IMG/VR virus record: IMGVR_UViG_3300033066_000693
Coordinates: 192,001-256,000 of that record
Reading direction: 5' to 3' (one strand)
DNA length: 64,000 bases
Source: a virus
The translations under genes and the position numbers were made by a program. This document shows, one piece after another, positions 1 through 12,000 of this stretch. How positions within the stretch are numbered: the first letter of the stretch is position 1; the number at the start of each line of letters is the position of its first letter. The notes beneath the pieces were generated by a model. That model was given only the letters and a program-made list of their open reading frames with translations, made no database searches and had not been told where the DNA came from.

Positions 1-3000
1 TCATACAGGAACTCATCAATCTCGTCTTGCTTACAACGATCAACCAACATCTGATCTGTGGTCTTCGAAATAGCAGCTAGGATCTGATTATTGCCATATC
101 TATTGTCTTGCCAAGCGATAAGCCTTCGGCCCTTTCCGTCAATAGAAATAGACGGATTTACGCTATTGCTTTCGGAATTGGTGATTTGCGTTTCAAACCT
201 GAACGGAGCGCCTCGCTCTCTAGAGCCAGAGTAATAAATGTCCCAATAGCCATTGCGATTAGATTGCCATGCGACATGGACTTTATCTATCTTGTCTATG
301 GCAAGGTCTGCCGTCTTATTTTGATACTGCGTAGACAGCGTAATGGGTATCTGACTAAACTCATTAGTAGCATACAGGCTATAATTCAAATCAAACTCTG
401 CTTGGTCAACAAGCAAGTTCTGAGCGGTTGTAAATGAAATTGTTTCGTTGTTTAGGTCTTCTTCTGCAACAATAACAATGTTGTCTATATGAGGAGCATA
501 GGTTGCCGCCGAACTTGTGTTTTCAAAAACAATAGACGTGGTTGCTGTTGATGCAACAAATGACATTGTTCGTTTTTGCCAGTTATGAACTGCTGGATTA
601 GCAGACGTTATGACAAATGAAGCGTTCCAAGCACCAGCAGTAACTTGAACGGTTCTACTGATATTTCTTGCTGCCGTATCCGTGCTAGGGAAAGACGATA
701 TATTGAAGAAGATGTAGTATTTCTTGCCTATAGATGTTGGTATAGATTGAGAGATCTTGCCCTTGGTAAGAGTTCCGCTTGTACTTCCGCCAGTATATCC
801 GCTAAGCGAAATCCATGCGTCTCCGTTGAGAGAGAAAAACAATCCAACTTGGTCTGCCTTTGGAATCTGATAATAGGAAATTGGCTGATTAACCATCCAG
901 CCAGTGATTCCTTCAGAGCCGGAATCTGGATATGTTACTAGATTCTTAGCAAATACTGTTTCTTCAAAGCTGCCATTTCCCAGAACATTATGAACCTGTT
1001 CTGGAACTACCATTTGATATGTATTGCGATCAAAGAGAGAGAAGTTTGCAACGCCAGTATTATGCTGCATGGAATGCGGACCAACCGCAACATTGGTGAA
1101 TACCTGAGTGATATCCATGTCTTCATACAAATCACCTTGATACGGCAATGATTCATTGCTTACAAAGCCTGCTCCCTTTGGCATGCCCAAGGCAATATCA
1201 AACTTACCATATTGGTCTGAGAAATCAGCCAAAAATGATTGACCTAGAACTGTCTTGTTATCAACAGCAACCATGATATCGCCATAGAAGCGATACTGAT
1301 ACGCAAACGCTTCCTTGTCTCTCTTTAGAATACCATCTATGAAATCAGACCCCATCTTAGAATAATGGACTCCAATCTTTATGTTCTTGGTTGTAGAAAA
1401 GTCTACATAATCTCCAAAGAGTCTGGAAATGGTATACTGCTTCTTGGCAAGCTGTCCTGATGTTTCGTTTTCGCTAGTCGCCAAAATAAGAACTAGTTTG
1501 AAGCGACCAGTCAACTTCTTGTATTCTATCTCGCTCAAGAAACCGTCGCATTCGCCTTCGGAAACTCCAAGTCTGTCGCAATACTGGAAGAATGCTTCAG
1601 TATTCTTGGCCTTGAAGCGAATCTTCTCAGGCATGATAGCCAGCATGTAATGGCGAACATTTGCAGGATGAGAAAGGACCGCTCCTTCCGAAGCTGTTGC
1701 ATAGATATTTTCATCATTGTGCGAATAGCCGTCTGCTGTAGCTCCGCCGCTCAAGAAAGTCAAATCGCTTGTTGATAGTTTATATGAACCACAAATCGGT
1801 ATGATGTTGTCAAAATATGGTCCTGCCGCATCAATGGTATACGTATTGCCGTCTTTAGTATACTTATGATCTCCTGCCGGAACAAACTCCGCTTTCCACT
1901 CATCAAACTGCGATTGAATAGTTTCGTCATTCAAAACATTAGGAGGAAGTCCCTCAATCTGAAGATTGAACGATAACTGGAAGCTTAGCTGTCCAAAATA
2001 GCTAGGCAGGTATTGTCCAAACTCGTCTTTTGCCAGAGTAAAATACGTCATAGCAGCGTCCTCTTGAGGATTACCGCTTATGACAATCTTAGACAAGTTT
2101 ACAACAGAAGCTTTACCATTTCCAGACAAGATTCTGGTCCATTTTGTTTGAATGGCCGTTGGATTAGAAACTGAAAGGATGTTTTGATCCATCTCGAATG
2201 CTTCTGCCTTATCAACCGCAGACATAAAACATTGGTTGTTGATGGAACGAGAAGACGGTCCTAGAACGCTGTAGTACAACTGCGTTGCTCCAAGACGATC
2301 TGATTCCCATACAATATGCAAGTTACCAATGCTGTCGCAAGCTATGCGAGCATTCTTGTTTTCACCGTCTTGAGTAAGCTGCTTCCATTCGGTATTCTCT
2401 ACAGCGCTTCCTAGCCTGAATGAGTACAAGAATAGCTGATAGATTCCATTGACGGGAGCCTCGCATACAACATATGCAATCTCTTCTCCTGTTGCAGCAG
2501 TACGAACCGCTATAACTGGGTAGACGCAAGAAACCTCTCGACTAAAAATGTCATAGATATACGGTAGAGGATTTATCTCTATCAGATTGGTTTCAGGAAG
2601 CTCTGTATCTGCATCAACAACAACGAACTTCTCGCAATAAAGATTCTCATAGATGTTTGGCCCAACGTCGTTATTAAATCCTGACGGAACGCTTATCCTG
2701 ATTATGTTGTTTGTATAATCACGAGTTACGATATCATGAGATTGATAACCGATTTTAGGGAAAAGGAAAACAAGAGTATTACCGCCGTCTGATATGGCCT
2801 CAGGGCTTACAAGTACATCTAGAGTTTTATTACTCTTTAGCTTTGCGGTAAAGGTTCCATTTCCTGATACAACCTGAGTGCGAATTGAGAACCTATCATT
2901 AGACTTAATTTCAATGAATGATTCAAGATCAACAGCAGATATATTGTATGCTCTTGCAGAAATATCAGCATTGATTAGACCAACAAATGCTGCTACGAAT

Positions 3001-4217
3001 TCTGTGATAGACGAAGAAATGGTCGTGTATCTAACTTCGAATAGGTTTCCGTCTTCTAGCCTAAACTGTATGCTGTATGTCTCATTAGCAGATAAGCTAA
3101 GAGGAGTTGCGGTGTGATAAAACTTTGGAGGAGCAATAACCGTTCCGTCTCGGACAGGATTTCCTTTGTACTTTAGAGAAGTCGGTATATGGGCAACAAA
3201 CACTCTGCTAGATAGCGTCGGGAACGTATACGGATCGCTTGCGAATGTCTCTTGAGACGAGAAAACTACCAACCCTGCTCCGTTGTTCAAAAGAACTGAA
3301 GAGGTTGAGTTGTAGATTCGACATACAGGATCGGTACTGCTTGTTGGATAGATTTGTCTAGTTGGAGAGCAGAAGCCAACTTTAGAATTATAAAATGATG
3401 AAGCGCTATCTCCGCTATCAAAGACAGTCAAATCTCCAACGACCGCTCCTTCAACGCAAAAATCGTCCAGCTTCTTCAAAGTCAAGCCTTGACCGGGAGT
3501 TGGGTCCAATATGGCGCATTCAGGAGTAGAAGGGTCATTGGTAGCCGCCAATGCCTTCATGGATTCTGGAACGAAATGGAAGAATGAGCCAGAGTCATAT
3601 ACTGTCTTGTAATCGTCGTCAGCCTTTGCAAAGTAGACAGGAAACTTCTGAACAGTTTTGGCTGAAGAGGCGCTTCCGCTTATAACATCTATTGCTCGGA
3701 AGGACATAGACCCTTCGCCAGATTGATTTGACTTTACAATGAACCTCTTGTTGTTCACTACAATTTGAAGATTAGAGTTTGGCGAAGTATGAACTTTTAG
3801 AACTGCCTTCTGATTAGGCCCAACGAAAGCGGGGCTAATAGCAACTCTATCAGTAGTAGAATGCGTTTGTACATTTTCAATCTGAAAAGAACAAGCAGCG
3901 ATATCGCTAAGTCTCCATGTTTCGCTTTCTGTTTTCTCTTCAATATTGGCATAAACAGAAATAACGCTAGCCGTATCCGAAGGATAAAGAACTAGGTTGA
4001 ACTTACCATTGAGCGAGGAAACGCCGCTAAGATAGATCTTCCCGTCTACAATAGAACCTCTTTCAAGGCCGCTTGCTGGAATCAATCTACCTAATGTTGC
4101 GTTTTCAAAAGAAACTCTATAACTCTTCTCTGGATTGAATCCGTCAAGAGAAAAATCTATGGCTTCTGTTTTAGACAGCGGAGCGCTGAACGGTTGTAGT
4201 TTGAGCTTAACGGACAC
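1..4217 (-). CDS. Large structural protein, C-terminally truncated by the window start (over 1400 aa visible); putative tail/baseplate or fibre protein
   Basis: Minus-strand frame with codons starting at plus positions divisible by 3 is open at both ends I translated (pos 3-122 and 4141-4232) and reads as plausible protein. The only in-frame stop upstream is at 4233-4235; GTG at 4217 is preceded by GGAGAG. The ORF track omits it because there is no stop inside the window. Confidence 0.55.
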   Translation of the reverse strand, partial: MSVKLKLQPFSAPLSKTEAIDFSLDGFNPEKSYRVSFENATLGRLIPASGLERGSIVDGKIYLSGVSSLNGKFNLVLYPSDTASVISVYANIEEKTESETWRLSDIAACSFQIENVQTHSTTDRVAISPAFVGPNQKAVLKVHTSPNSNLQIVVNNKRFIVKSNQSGEGSMSFRAIDVISGSASSAKTVQKFPVYFAKADDDYKTVYDSGSFFHFVPESMKALAATNDPSTPECAILDPTPGQGLTLKKLDDFCVEGAVVGDLTVFDSGDSASSFYNSKVGFCSPTRQIYPTSSTDPVCRIYNSTSSVLLNNGAGLVVFSSQETFASDPYTFPTLSSRVFVAHIPTSLKYKGNPVRDGTVIAPPKFYHTATPLSLSANETYSIQFRLEDGNLFEVRYTTISSSITEFVAAFVGLINADISARAYNISAVDLESFIEIKSNDRFSIRTQVVSGNGTFTAKLKSNKTLDVLVSPEAISDGGNTLVFLFPKIGYQSHDIVTRDYTNNIIRISVPSGFNNDVGPNIYENLYCEKFVVVDADTELPETNLIEINPLPYIYDIFSREVSCVYPVIAVRTAATGEEIAYVVCEAPVNGIYQLFLYSFRLGSAVENTEWKQLTQDGENKNARIACDSIGNLHIVWESDRLGATQLYYSVLGPSSRSINNQCFMSAVDKAEAFEMDQNILSVSNPTAIQTKWTRILSGNGKASVVNLSKIVISGNPQEDAAMTYFTLAKDEFGQYLPSYFGQLSFQLSFNLQIEGLPPNVLNDETIQSQFDEWKAEFVPAGDHKYTKDGNTYTIDAAGPYFDNIIPICGSYKLSTSDLTFLSGGATADGYSHNDENIYATASEGAVLSHPANVRHYMLAIMPEKIRFKAKNTEAFFQYCDRLGVSEGECDGFLSEIEYKKLTGRFKLVLILATSENETSGQLAKKQYTISRLFGDYVDFSTTKNIKIGVHYSKMGSDFIDGILKRDKEAFAYQYRFYGDIMVAVDNKTVLGQSFLADFSDQYGKFDIALGMPKGAGFVSNESLPYQGDLYEDMDITQVFTNVAVGPHSMQHNTGVANFSLFDRNTYQMVVPEQVHNVLGNGSFEETVFAKNLVTYPDSGSEGITGWMVNQPISYYQIPKADQVGLFFSLNGDAWISLSGYTGGSTSGTLTKGKISQSIPTSIGKKYYIFFNISSFPSTDTAARNISRTVQVTAGAWNASFVITSANPAVHNWQKRTMSFVASTATTSIVFENTSSAATYAPHIDNIVIVAEEDLNNETISFTTAQNLLVDQAEFDLNYSLYATNEFSQIPITLSTQYQNKTADLAIDKIDKVHVAWQSNRNGYWDIYYSGSRERGAPFRFETQITNSESNSVNPSISIDGKGRRLIAWQDNRYGNNQILAAISKTTDQMLVDRCKQDEIDEFLY

Positions 4218-5304
4218 TGTAAATACTCTCCATTACCTTTCCGAAACTCGTTGCCGCGACGGTATACGAGAAGTTTTGATGGACATACTCATATGCTTTA
4301 TCGGCTTTAGTTTTGGCCTTTTCTCGGTCAGAAAAAACGCTCCTCATTGCCTTCTGCACCGAGTCTATCGAGATTCGAGGCCATTTCTTATTTGCGAACT
4401 GAGCTATCTGATCCATATTAGGTCGTAATATGAAACCTTCAGGTTCTAAAAGGGTACATCTTTCCTCGGCAGCATAATCTTGGCAACCCGAAAAGTTCGT
4501 AACTATTACAGGAACCTTTATAGCCATACATTGCATCGCCGGAAGCCCAAATCCTTCACCAAGAGTCGGCATCACGAGGCAATCTGCTGTTTTATAGAAT
4601 GAAGGGAGGTTTATCTCGTCAAACACTCTTCTTTCCAACACAATTGGAGGGTAATCCTTCTTTATGTCTATTTCTCTTCTAATCTTTTCTATATCCTGAG
4701 TTGCAAGCTGCGATTTATCGGTCTTGATAAGCAACTGTACATTATCCTTGGCGTCAAACTCTCGCAAGTAAGCTTCAACAAGCTCAGCCCATCCCTTTCT
4801 TCGTCTCCAAGACCCAATAAACAAAAAGGTGTATGCCGGGAACTTGTTCAAAGGCAATGTCTTGTCATTCCAAAGAGACGTATCAAAGCAATGCGGAAGA
4901 TAGAACAAAGGCCTCTTGACTCCTGCATGAGCGAATATCTTGTAGTTGAAATATGACGGACATACTACCGAGTCCATGCGATTAAGAAGATCTACCCATT
5001 GAATAGGCGGCTCAAAGGTTTCAAATGTTGCAAACCCAATAGCTCTATCAGTTCTAGGAAAACGAGCCTGCATGGGCGGTATACAATGATACACTTGTAT
5101 GGCTCTCGGGTTAGGAGGTAGCATGGTACAAGGCTCAAGCTTGGCTAGCTTATCTTTGGAAAGAAAGGCTTTAGACGGCCTTCCATTCAGGCAAGAAATG
5201 CGAATCTGATACTTTTTAGTCTGCAACAATGCAGAAATCAGATCAAATGCCGCCTGCCCATATCCTGTTTCATTTAGAAATGCGATGTAATCAAGAGCAA
5301 TCAT
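4207..5304 (-). CDS. GT-B fold glycosyltransferase (GT4/GT1-like)
   Basis: C-terminal motif ...PTLGEGFGLPAMQCMAIKVPVIVT... matches the E-x7-E EGFGLP...EAMA signature of GT4 enzymes; 4-nt overlaps with both neighbours. Confidence 0.7.
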   Translation of the reverse strand: MIALDYIAFLNETGYGQAAFDLISALLQTKKYQIRISCLNGRPSKAFLSKDKLAKLEPCTMLPPNPRAIQVYHCIPPMQARFPRTDRAIGFATFETFEPPIQWVDLLNRMDSVVCPSYFNYKIFAHAGVKRPLFYLPHCFDTSLWNDKTLPLNKFPAYTFLFIGSWRRRKGWAELVEAYLREFDAKDNVQLLIKTDKSQLATQDIEKIRREIDIKKDYPPIVLERRVFDEINLPSFYKTADCLVMPTLGEGFGLPAMQCMAIKVPVIVTNFSGCQDYAAEERCTLLEPEGFILRPNMDQIAQFANKKWPRISIDSVQKAMRSVFSDREKAKTKADKAYEYVHQNFSYTVAATSFGKVMESIYSVR

Positions 5305-8300
5305 GTGCTTACTATAACATCGCCATTTAGCTTAGCTCTTACGTCATTCACTTTCGCGAAAAGTCCGCCGCTAATCTGCCAAACGATGTTTCCGTCCGAA
5401 TCAACCTTGACAACTCTTCCTGCATTCCCTATGAATGACGTTTCTGCAACAACTACCAATCCGTTTTCGTCTAGTACGGCGTCGGAAGGGAAAGCGTTAT
5501 CAGAAGTTACATATTCGAAGGTGATAGACTTATCAGAGCGGTTAAGCACAATAACCTTTCCTCTATAGTTCTTGAGCTTTCGAATAGCCTGTTGCTCGTA
5601 GGTTTCAGTATCGGTTCCGCCAGTTGGCGCAGGCAAAGGATCTCCCTCCTTAACCAAACCGCTAATCACAAGCTTCTCAGAGTCAATCTCAAAAACTGAA
5701 CCCAAAGTAAAATCAGAGAAAGTCAATAGGCTATAACTGAAGACGGACTTTTCTTTGTCCAAATCAAGCTCTACAAGAGACGGAGACTCCTGCGGAGGAG
5801 TAGCCGTTGTACCGTCGTCTGCTGCAACGATATGCAAAACTACAGTATTTACCGTAGTTGCAACTGTTTCTCCGCTTGTAGTATCAACATAGACAGCCGT
5901 AAATAACAACTGCCAAGTTCTAATCTGCGTAGCAATAGGAGAGTTCAAATGGACAGTAGCCAGATTGCCGGGCAGAGGAGCGTCGAACGTAACAATGTCT
6001 TGAATCTCTGGCGGTATGTTTCTTTCCCAAAGAAGCTGGAATCCTGCACCCGGATCAGCAACCGTAACAGTAAACGTCGTTGACTCTCCTACTTTCAACG
6101 TCAAATCAGTAGTAGCTCCGCCGCTTGATGAATCTTGCGGAATAGTAGAATTGGCTATCATCCAGTTACCATTTGCCATAACATTTGAATAGACTGGCCT
6201 CTTTACTTCGTTCATGTACACGAAATCGCCAATGAATACGGTTAGCCCCTTAGTTCCTATGAGGCGTCGAGCGCTATCAGGATAGACAAACGGCGTAGGT
6301 AGGAAGCCGAAAAGCAAATCAACGTTTACGTCGAAGTTTGGATTCTGAAGCTGTTCAACCTTGTCATTTGTAAGGCTTATCTCTAGAATTTTGGCGTTCT
6401 TGCCGTTATCAAGAATGGAATCCTCGTTTCCAAGGAAAATGCTTGCTGAGCCTATCCAGAGCTTAGTTTTGGTAATATCTACCTTAGTTGAATCTATTTC
6501 TTGGCTAAAGCAGATTGTCAAAACGCCAGTTCTAGGGTTATAGACTGCCGTAAGCGGATAGAATGAGCTAGGGTCTGTGGCGTTATGCCCTCCAACGCCT
6601 CGAACAAACTCGCCGTTAGGAGTTGTCTCAATAACTCGGTCATTGGCCGTGTCTGCAACTATAAAGTTACGGTTTGTAAGCCTATAGACCGAGAAAGGAT
6701 TAGTAAAGCCGGGAGCATAGCTAGCGCTAGCGATAGTAAGAGCCTGTTGCGGAGATATAAGATCCCTAAACAGTATTCCTCGGAATCCATAAACTGCCGT
6801 TCCTTGAGGGTCATTCTCGCTCACTCCATTCTGATAGATATAGTACAAGTCTCCTACAGAGATAGGATCTTGTATCAGAATCTTACTTATGAATGGGTTG
6901 AACTCGTCTTGTTTTTCTAGGGCATTTACAAAGGAACCCTTATCCCATTGGTCTGCCGTAGAAATCGAGAATCCAGTTATCTCAGAATCTACAACAATCT
7001 GAAGTTCAAGGCTATTAAGAGTTGGTGTAGAAGTTCTTGCAGTATTGGATACCAGAACAACTTCTATTTCTGCGTCCGTGCCATTCATAGAGAATACGTC
7101 GCCAGACTTCAAGCTAGGAGTATAGATAGCCCTATTCAAAAGAGAAGGAGAGTTTGCGGTACGGATTCTAACCCTTACGTCGCATCCTTCTGGCACGATA
7201 GCGTCATAGTTGATGGCGCTGAATACAACTGGAACTCCGCTAGAATAACGGAATCGAATCAATCCAGTTGGAGGAAACAAGGCTTGATTTCTAAGGAAGA
7301 TATTGTCAATCCAGAAAACATGCTTGGTTACGGTATCATCAGTATAGAAAACAATCTTTGTAACGTTGTCTTTCGCTTCTTGCGCGATACTAAAAACTCG
7401 TCTCTCAAAAGCATTGAATGAAGGATCTACGTTATCTGTAATCTCGTCTGGCGCAAGAACAAGATAGTCTTGCGACTTCACGGCAGAATCGCCTGTACCG
7501 TTGACAAAGTACATATAGACTGCGCCATGAGAAATAGACAAGCTCTTTACGTCCAAGATTAGCTCGTCATAAAGACTCCAATCCTTGTTCTGAGACAGTG
7601 TTCTAACATAGAGTATGCGAGATTCTCTTTCCGTCTCAAACTTACCGCTGTAAAAGCCTTGAGTCTTGAAAGAAACGGCATCCTCAGAAGTAACTCCGAT
7701 CTTATCCGTAGTGATATCAACTTGCGAAGAGAACCCGGGAATCGGGACTCCGCTGCGAGGAACTTGCTCGAAGTCCTCAACGTCATTAGTGCTACCGCCT
7801 CCCCTAGTCAAAGTAACCGTGTCTCTTGCTATCGTAACATTTTGTCTTTCAACAGCCGAGAAGAAGGCCGCATTGGTTCTCCAAAGAATCGAGTTGATAG
7901 ATCCCTGCTGAACAGGCTTGCCTGAGATACAGTTGGTTGACAAATCTATGTTCGCAGTCGTTACGTCAAAATCAATAATCGAATCTGGCGTAATGCCGGG
8001 ATAGCATACCAAGATGTTAGTGAAGTCCACCAACTCTGTTAGATTTAGGCTCATACTGTTGGCCAGATAATGCTGAGCCGTTATGAGTTTCATAGTATTG
8101 ACAGCGCCAACTTCGCCAAGCAACTGACGATTGCCAGACGTAATTAGTCGAGTAAATGAGTCTAATGCGGCGTGAGTAAGAAGCCCAGTATCCGCAAGGT
8201 CGCTATGATTTAGCTGAGGAATGCGCTGAGGAGACAATCGGCCGGTAGTTACTTTAGAAGCATCAATATCCTGAAGACGAGCGCCGGGGAGTTGATTTCT

Positions 8301-8843
8301 TGTTTCAGTCTGAAGATCAATCTTAGACGGAGAACCCCTATGCTTATGCTTAGCAACTTCTTCTTTGATGAGTTCTATAAAACCGATTTCTTGACGGTTA
8401 CTGATGTCTATAGACGTTACCGAAGTATCGCCTGTAGTTACTTGAGCTAGCAAAATTGAGTTTATGCTAGGAAGGCTTCTGCTCCAAATAAAAACTACGT
8501 CTCTGGTTCTTACGGTTCCGCTAGTTATGACTGCATAAATGTTGACTGTATCATTAGATGGAAGGTCGTCAACTTCTCCGATGCCGCTAGTCTGAACAGC
8601 AACGGTATTGATGATCCCTAGACCGGGGCTAACGTCAAGAGCAATCGTATTCAGTCCGAAAGTGTCTCGAACTGTTATATCCCATCCGCTAATAACGCCA
8701 TTTCCAAAAACTGCATAAAGACCATAGAGTTGCTTGTCAATAACAAGGAACCTATTGATCTCTCGTTGCACGTTGATACCGTCACCGAGTTCGTCTCCGA
8801 AGGTGAAGTAACTGAGGCCATAAAAAGGGGTCTGTCCAGCCAT
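5301..8843 (-). CDS. 1180-aa tail-tip/baseplate structural protein (putative)
   Basis: Long uninterrupted ORF, third large gene after the tape measure protein; no catalytic motif recognised. Confidence 0.6.
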   Translation of the reverse strand: MAGQTPFYGLSYFTFGDELGDGINVQREINRFLVIDKQLYGLYAVFGNGVISGWDITVRDTFGLNTIALDVSPGLGIINTVAVQTSGIGEVDDLPSNDTVNIYAVITSGTVRTRDVVFIWSRSLPSINSILLAQVTTGDTSVTSIDISNRQEIGFIELIKEEVAKHKHRGSPSKIDLQTETRNQLPGARLQDIDASKVTTGRLSPQRIPQLNHSDLADTGLLTHAALDSFTRLITSGNRQLLGEVGAVNTMKLITAQHYLANSMSLNLTELVDFTNILVCYPGITPDSIIDFDVTTANIDLSTNCISGKPVQQGSINSILWRTNAAFFSAVERQNVTIARDTVTLTRGGGSTNDVEDFEQVPRSGVPIPGFSSQVDITTDKIGVTSEDAVSFKTQGFYSGKFETERESRILYVRTLSQNKDWSLYDELILDVKSLSISHGAVYMYFVNGTGDSAVKSQDYLVLAPDEITDNVDPSFNAFERRVFSIAQEAKDNVTKIVFYTDDTVTKHVFWIDNIFLRNQALFPPTGLIRFRYSSGVPVVFSAINYDAIVPEGCDVRVRIRTANSPSLLNRAIYTPSLKSGDVFSMNGTDAEIEVVLVSNTARTSTPTLNSLELQIVVDSEITGFSISTADQWDKGSFVNALEKQDEFNPFISKILIQDPISVGDLYYIYQNGVSENDPQGTAVYGFRGILFRDLISPQQALTIASASYAPGFTNPFSVYRLTNRNFIVADTANDRVIETTPNGEFVRGVGGHNATDPSSFYPLTAVYNPRTGVLTICFSQEIDSTKVDITKTKLWIGSASIFLGNEDSILDNGKNAKILEISLTNDKVEQLQNPNFDVNVDLLFGFLPTPFVYPDSARRLIGTKGLTVFIGDFVYMNEVKRPVYSNVMANGNWMIANSTIPQDSSSGGATTDLTLKVGESTTFTVTVADPGAGFQLLWERNIPPEIQDIVTFDAPLPGNLATVHLNSPIATQIRTWQLLFTAVYVDTTSGETVATTVNTVVLHIVAADDGTTATPPQESPSLVELDLDKEKSVFSYSLLTFSDFTLGSVFEIDSEKLVISGLVKEGDPLPAPTGGTDTETYEQQAIRKLKNYRGKVIVLNRSDKSITFEYVTSDNAFPSDAVLDENGLVVVAETSFIGNAGRVVKVDSDGNIVWQISGGLFAKVNDVRAKLNGDVIVST

Positions 8844-9043
8844 TAGCCTACCTTACCGCCACGGGTGACTCCAACAACCATTACGCCTTCTGAGGCGCTC
8901 TTCTTTGATAGTTGGTACATGCCCATGCCTCTATAACCTTGTCGGCTGTTTCGAATTGCCAAGAAGTTCTCAGACGAGTTTCGATCCTTCTTGATCTCGT
9001 CTCGCATCTTGCTCCAAATTCCAGCGGCCATATTCTTAGACAT
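8843..9043 (-). CDS. Small hypothetical protein (66 aa), possibly real
   Basis: Same strand as the operon, fills the gap between two giant genes, 1-nt overlap with the start of the downstream gene. Confidence 0.3.
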   Translation of the reverse strand: MSKNMAAGIWSKMRDEIKKDRNSSENFLAIRNSRQGYRGMGMYQLSKKSASEGVMVVGVTRGGKVG

Positions 9044-9059
9044 ACTATACTCCTAAAAA

Positions 9060-12000
9060 CTAACCTGAAATAGACCCGTCCAACCCCAAAGCGGCCTCGT
9101 TGGAAGCTCCCCATTGAATATTCTGCTTTGGGAACAGCCATAGACACTCAAAGTCTTGAATCCAACTGTTCTTAGAAGCGTCGATTTCGCTCTTCACAGA
9201 GCTTACAATAAGCGGTTGCATCTGCGTAGAACCCAAAGGCTGAAAACTGATAACATCCAAGGCCTTTATATCATTTCTTCCAATCGCACGGAAACATACC
9301 TTTATGGGCGGGATAAACATCCTAGTATAATTCTTGACCATCCACTTCACGGTAGCTTCGTTACCAAAAATTCCATCCATCTGAACAAATGGCTTATGAT
9401 AACCAAGGAAGCCCGGACTATCTGGATTGTGCAACGAAGCATAGTTAACGTGTCCGGCTATCAAAATCTCTCCATTAGGAGATGTCGAGATAACCTTGAT
9501 TTCATTCACTACGTCTTCAACAACTCTTTCTACTTTGTAGTCTCCAATGATCTGATTGCCTATAGAAAAGTTGTCTGGTTGAACTATGCTCTTTGGCGTA
9601 GCAAAGAAATCAAACTTGCTCAAAGCGAGCCAGTCCTGAATGTCCCAACTAACTTCAGTTCCCTCTTGTCCGCCAAACAACTCTTGGTCATAAGGTAGAG
9701 CTACAAAGTTGAATACTCCAAGTCTATCAAAGTATGCAACCTTATTTGAAAGCAACGAGATCTTCTCAATAGCCTCCCAACAAGACGAGTTATCTGGGAA
9801 CTTCAAGAATGGAGACTGAAGAATGTCATAAGAACCCGGAAGAGCAAACTCTCTAGTAAAGAGCTTCTGCCCATTGAATATGAAGCTATACCATTCGCTA
9901 AGCGGATCTGCGTCTGCAAGAATTCGAACAAGAGAACCCGGTTCTGTTGTAGATCCATTCTCTTCTCCGTCTCTTAGTCCAACAAGATGCAGAATCTCTT
10001 GAACAGCGTTTACGTCTCGCATTCTATCAAAGAATGGCGAGTTGAAGAAGCGACCTTCTTTTACTATCTTCGAATAGTCATACAGCTTGCAATCCAAGCA
10101 CTTCTTATTGGTTTCGGTAGTTATTGTACCGCCCGGACAGAAGCCAGTAAAGACAACCCTATCTCTAGGATCATCAGGAGTTGGCATAATACCGCCCTCC
10201 CACCATAGACTTATCTGAAGATAGAAAGCCTTATCAATAAGCGTAGACAGATAGTTGGATTGATTTCCTGAGAAATGCATACCATTACTTATGAGGAACG
10301 AAATCGAACCGCAATGCTCAATCTGCTGCCAATCCGTTTCTGACCATTCATCGCTAAATGTCAACACATGCTGGCTAACATCAATAGGAGCCTTGTCAAA
10401 TATGCATCCCTTAGGAGGGACATACATACGGAAGAAATATAGAAGCGGAGTAACGCAATCCTTAAGCGGCCAAGGGCTTCCGCCGTCAACAGCAGGGAAG
10501 AGATATCCTCCGGGCACGACGCTTATCGCTACCTGCATAAGCTTACTGGTTTCAGCAGTAGATCCTGCGCTATTAGTGCATTGAGAAGAATCAAGATAGA
10601 TTGCTGATTCATATATGCCGCTCTTAGCCGCCTTAGAGTTCTTCATCATATCAGGAGCTTTGCCGTATTTCTTTACGAACTCTGGCTGTACGTCAATGGC
10701 GTATGTCCTAACAGTTTCTACAGCAGTAGAAGCGGTTTTGGCTACATTGACCGCTCGCTCAGAATATGAACCTGCCTCATTTGTATAATGAGATTTTGGA
10801 GTCTTAATTGAAACTTCAGGATTAAGACTCTTGCCCTTGTCTCTCCAAAGAAACTGAATTTCGTCTACGTCTACAGGCCCCTCGACAGAAAAATTTTGCG
10901 GCAACGTATAGCTCTGAAGAGATTCGTAGATCAAAGGAGCAAACGTAAATCCGCACTTTAGATTGCCTCCCATGAGGGCTATCTGACTTGGAGATATCAA
11001 CATGCGAACAGAATCATAGCTTACTTGACTCTCTGTTATTGGTTGTCCGGCAGGAAGAGCATTTGCGCTTAGATCCTTACGACTGATAACCCACGGATTG
11101 TTTTCATGGTTGGAGAATGTAATGACAATATCTCCTCCATGCTGTCTAACCGTTATTCTTAGCTTGTCTTGCTTTAGCAAAGTCAACGAGCTAGCAGAAT
11201 CATACGTACTAAGCTTTCGCAGTATTGGATACTTAGGGTACTCTACAACAGTAACTTCTCGCAAGGAATATTGTACGTCTCCTCCGCTGCCTGTGTCGTC
11301 AGAGCATTTTTTGATATCTGAAGAAGTTGATTTAGCAGGAGGCGGAGAAGCTGTTGGGCCGCTACTCTGGAACTGTTGAAGATTACATTCCAAATACGGA
11401 GTCTTACCTATATGACAAAAGATAGGAAATGAGTTCTCGGCAATAATCAACACATAGTTGTGATTTGGATCGCCTACGCCAAGCTCAACCATGTAGTATT
11501 GCTGCCTACTGAAATCCAGAACCTTACGAGTATTCTCAAGAATCTCATTGTTTTTGCCCTTGTCCCATAGACCGTCAGCGTTCAAAGAACCGCAGACTGG
11601 CCCCTCAGGAACAGCAAAGACATCCAATGCGGCAAACTTGTTGAGCATACGATACTTAACAGATTTTGAACCAATATTGGTACTTTGAAAAGCCTTGCGG
11701 ATAAACTCAACAGTAAAGTCTTCGCCCTGAAAAAGAGGCGTTCTTTTGAGAACTCGCCAATGCATGCCGGGATTTATGTTCTTATATACGCCGTCAGCGT
11801 GCTTGAAATAGGCGTGATTCTGAAGCCCATGCTCAGTCATGGCCTGAATAGGATCGCCGGGCTTATCAACGCCCTTAGTCATTGGAACAAAGATGTTGTT
11901 TGTTCTTGCTTCAGTAATCTCATTGGGATCGTTAAAGACGCTTCCTGTTTGGTCTGGCGCTTGACTAAGCACCGTAATAGATTGACCAACATTTTCTGAA

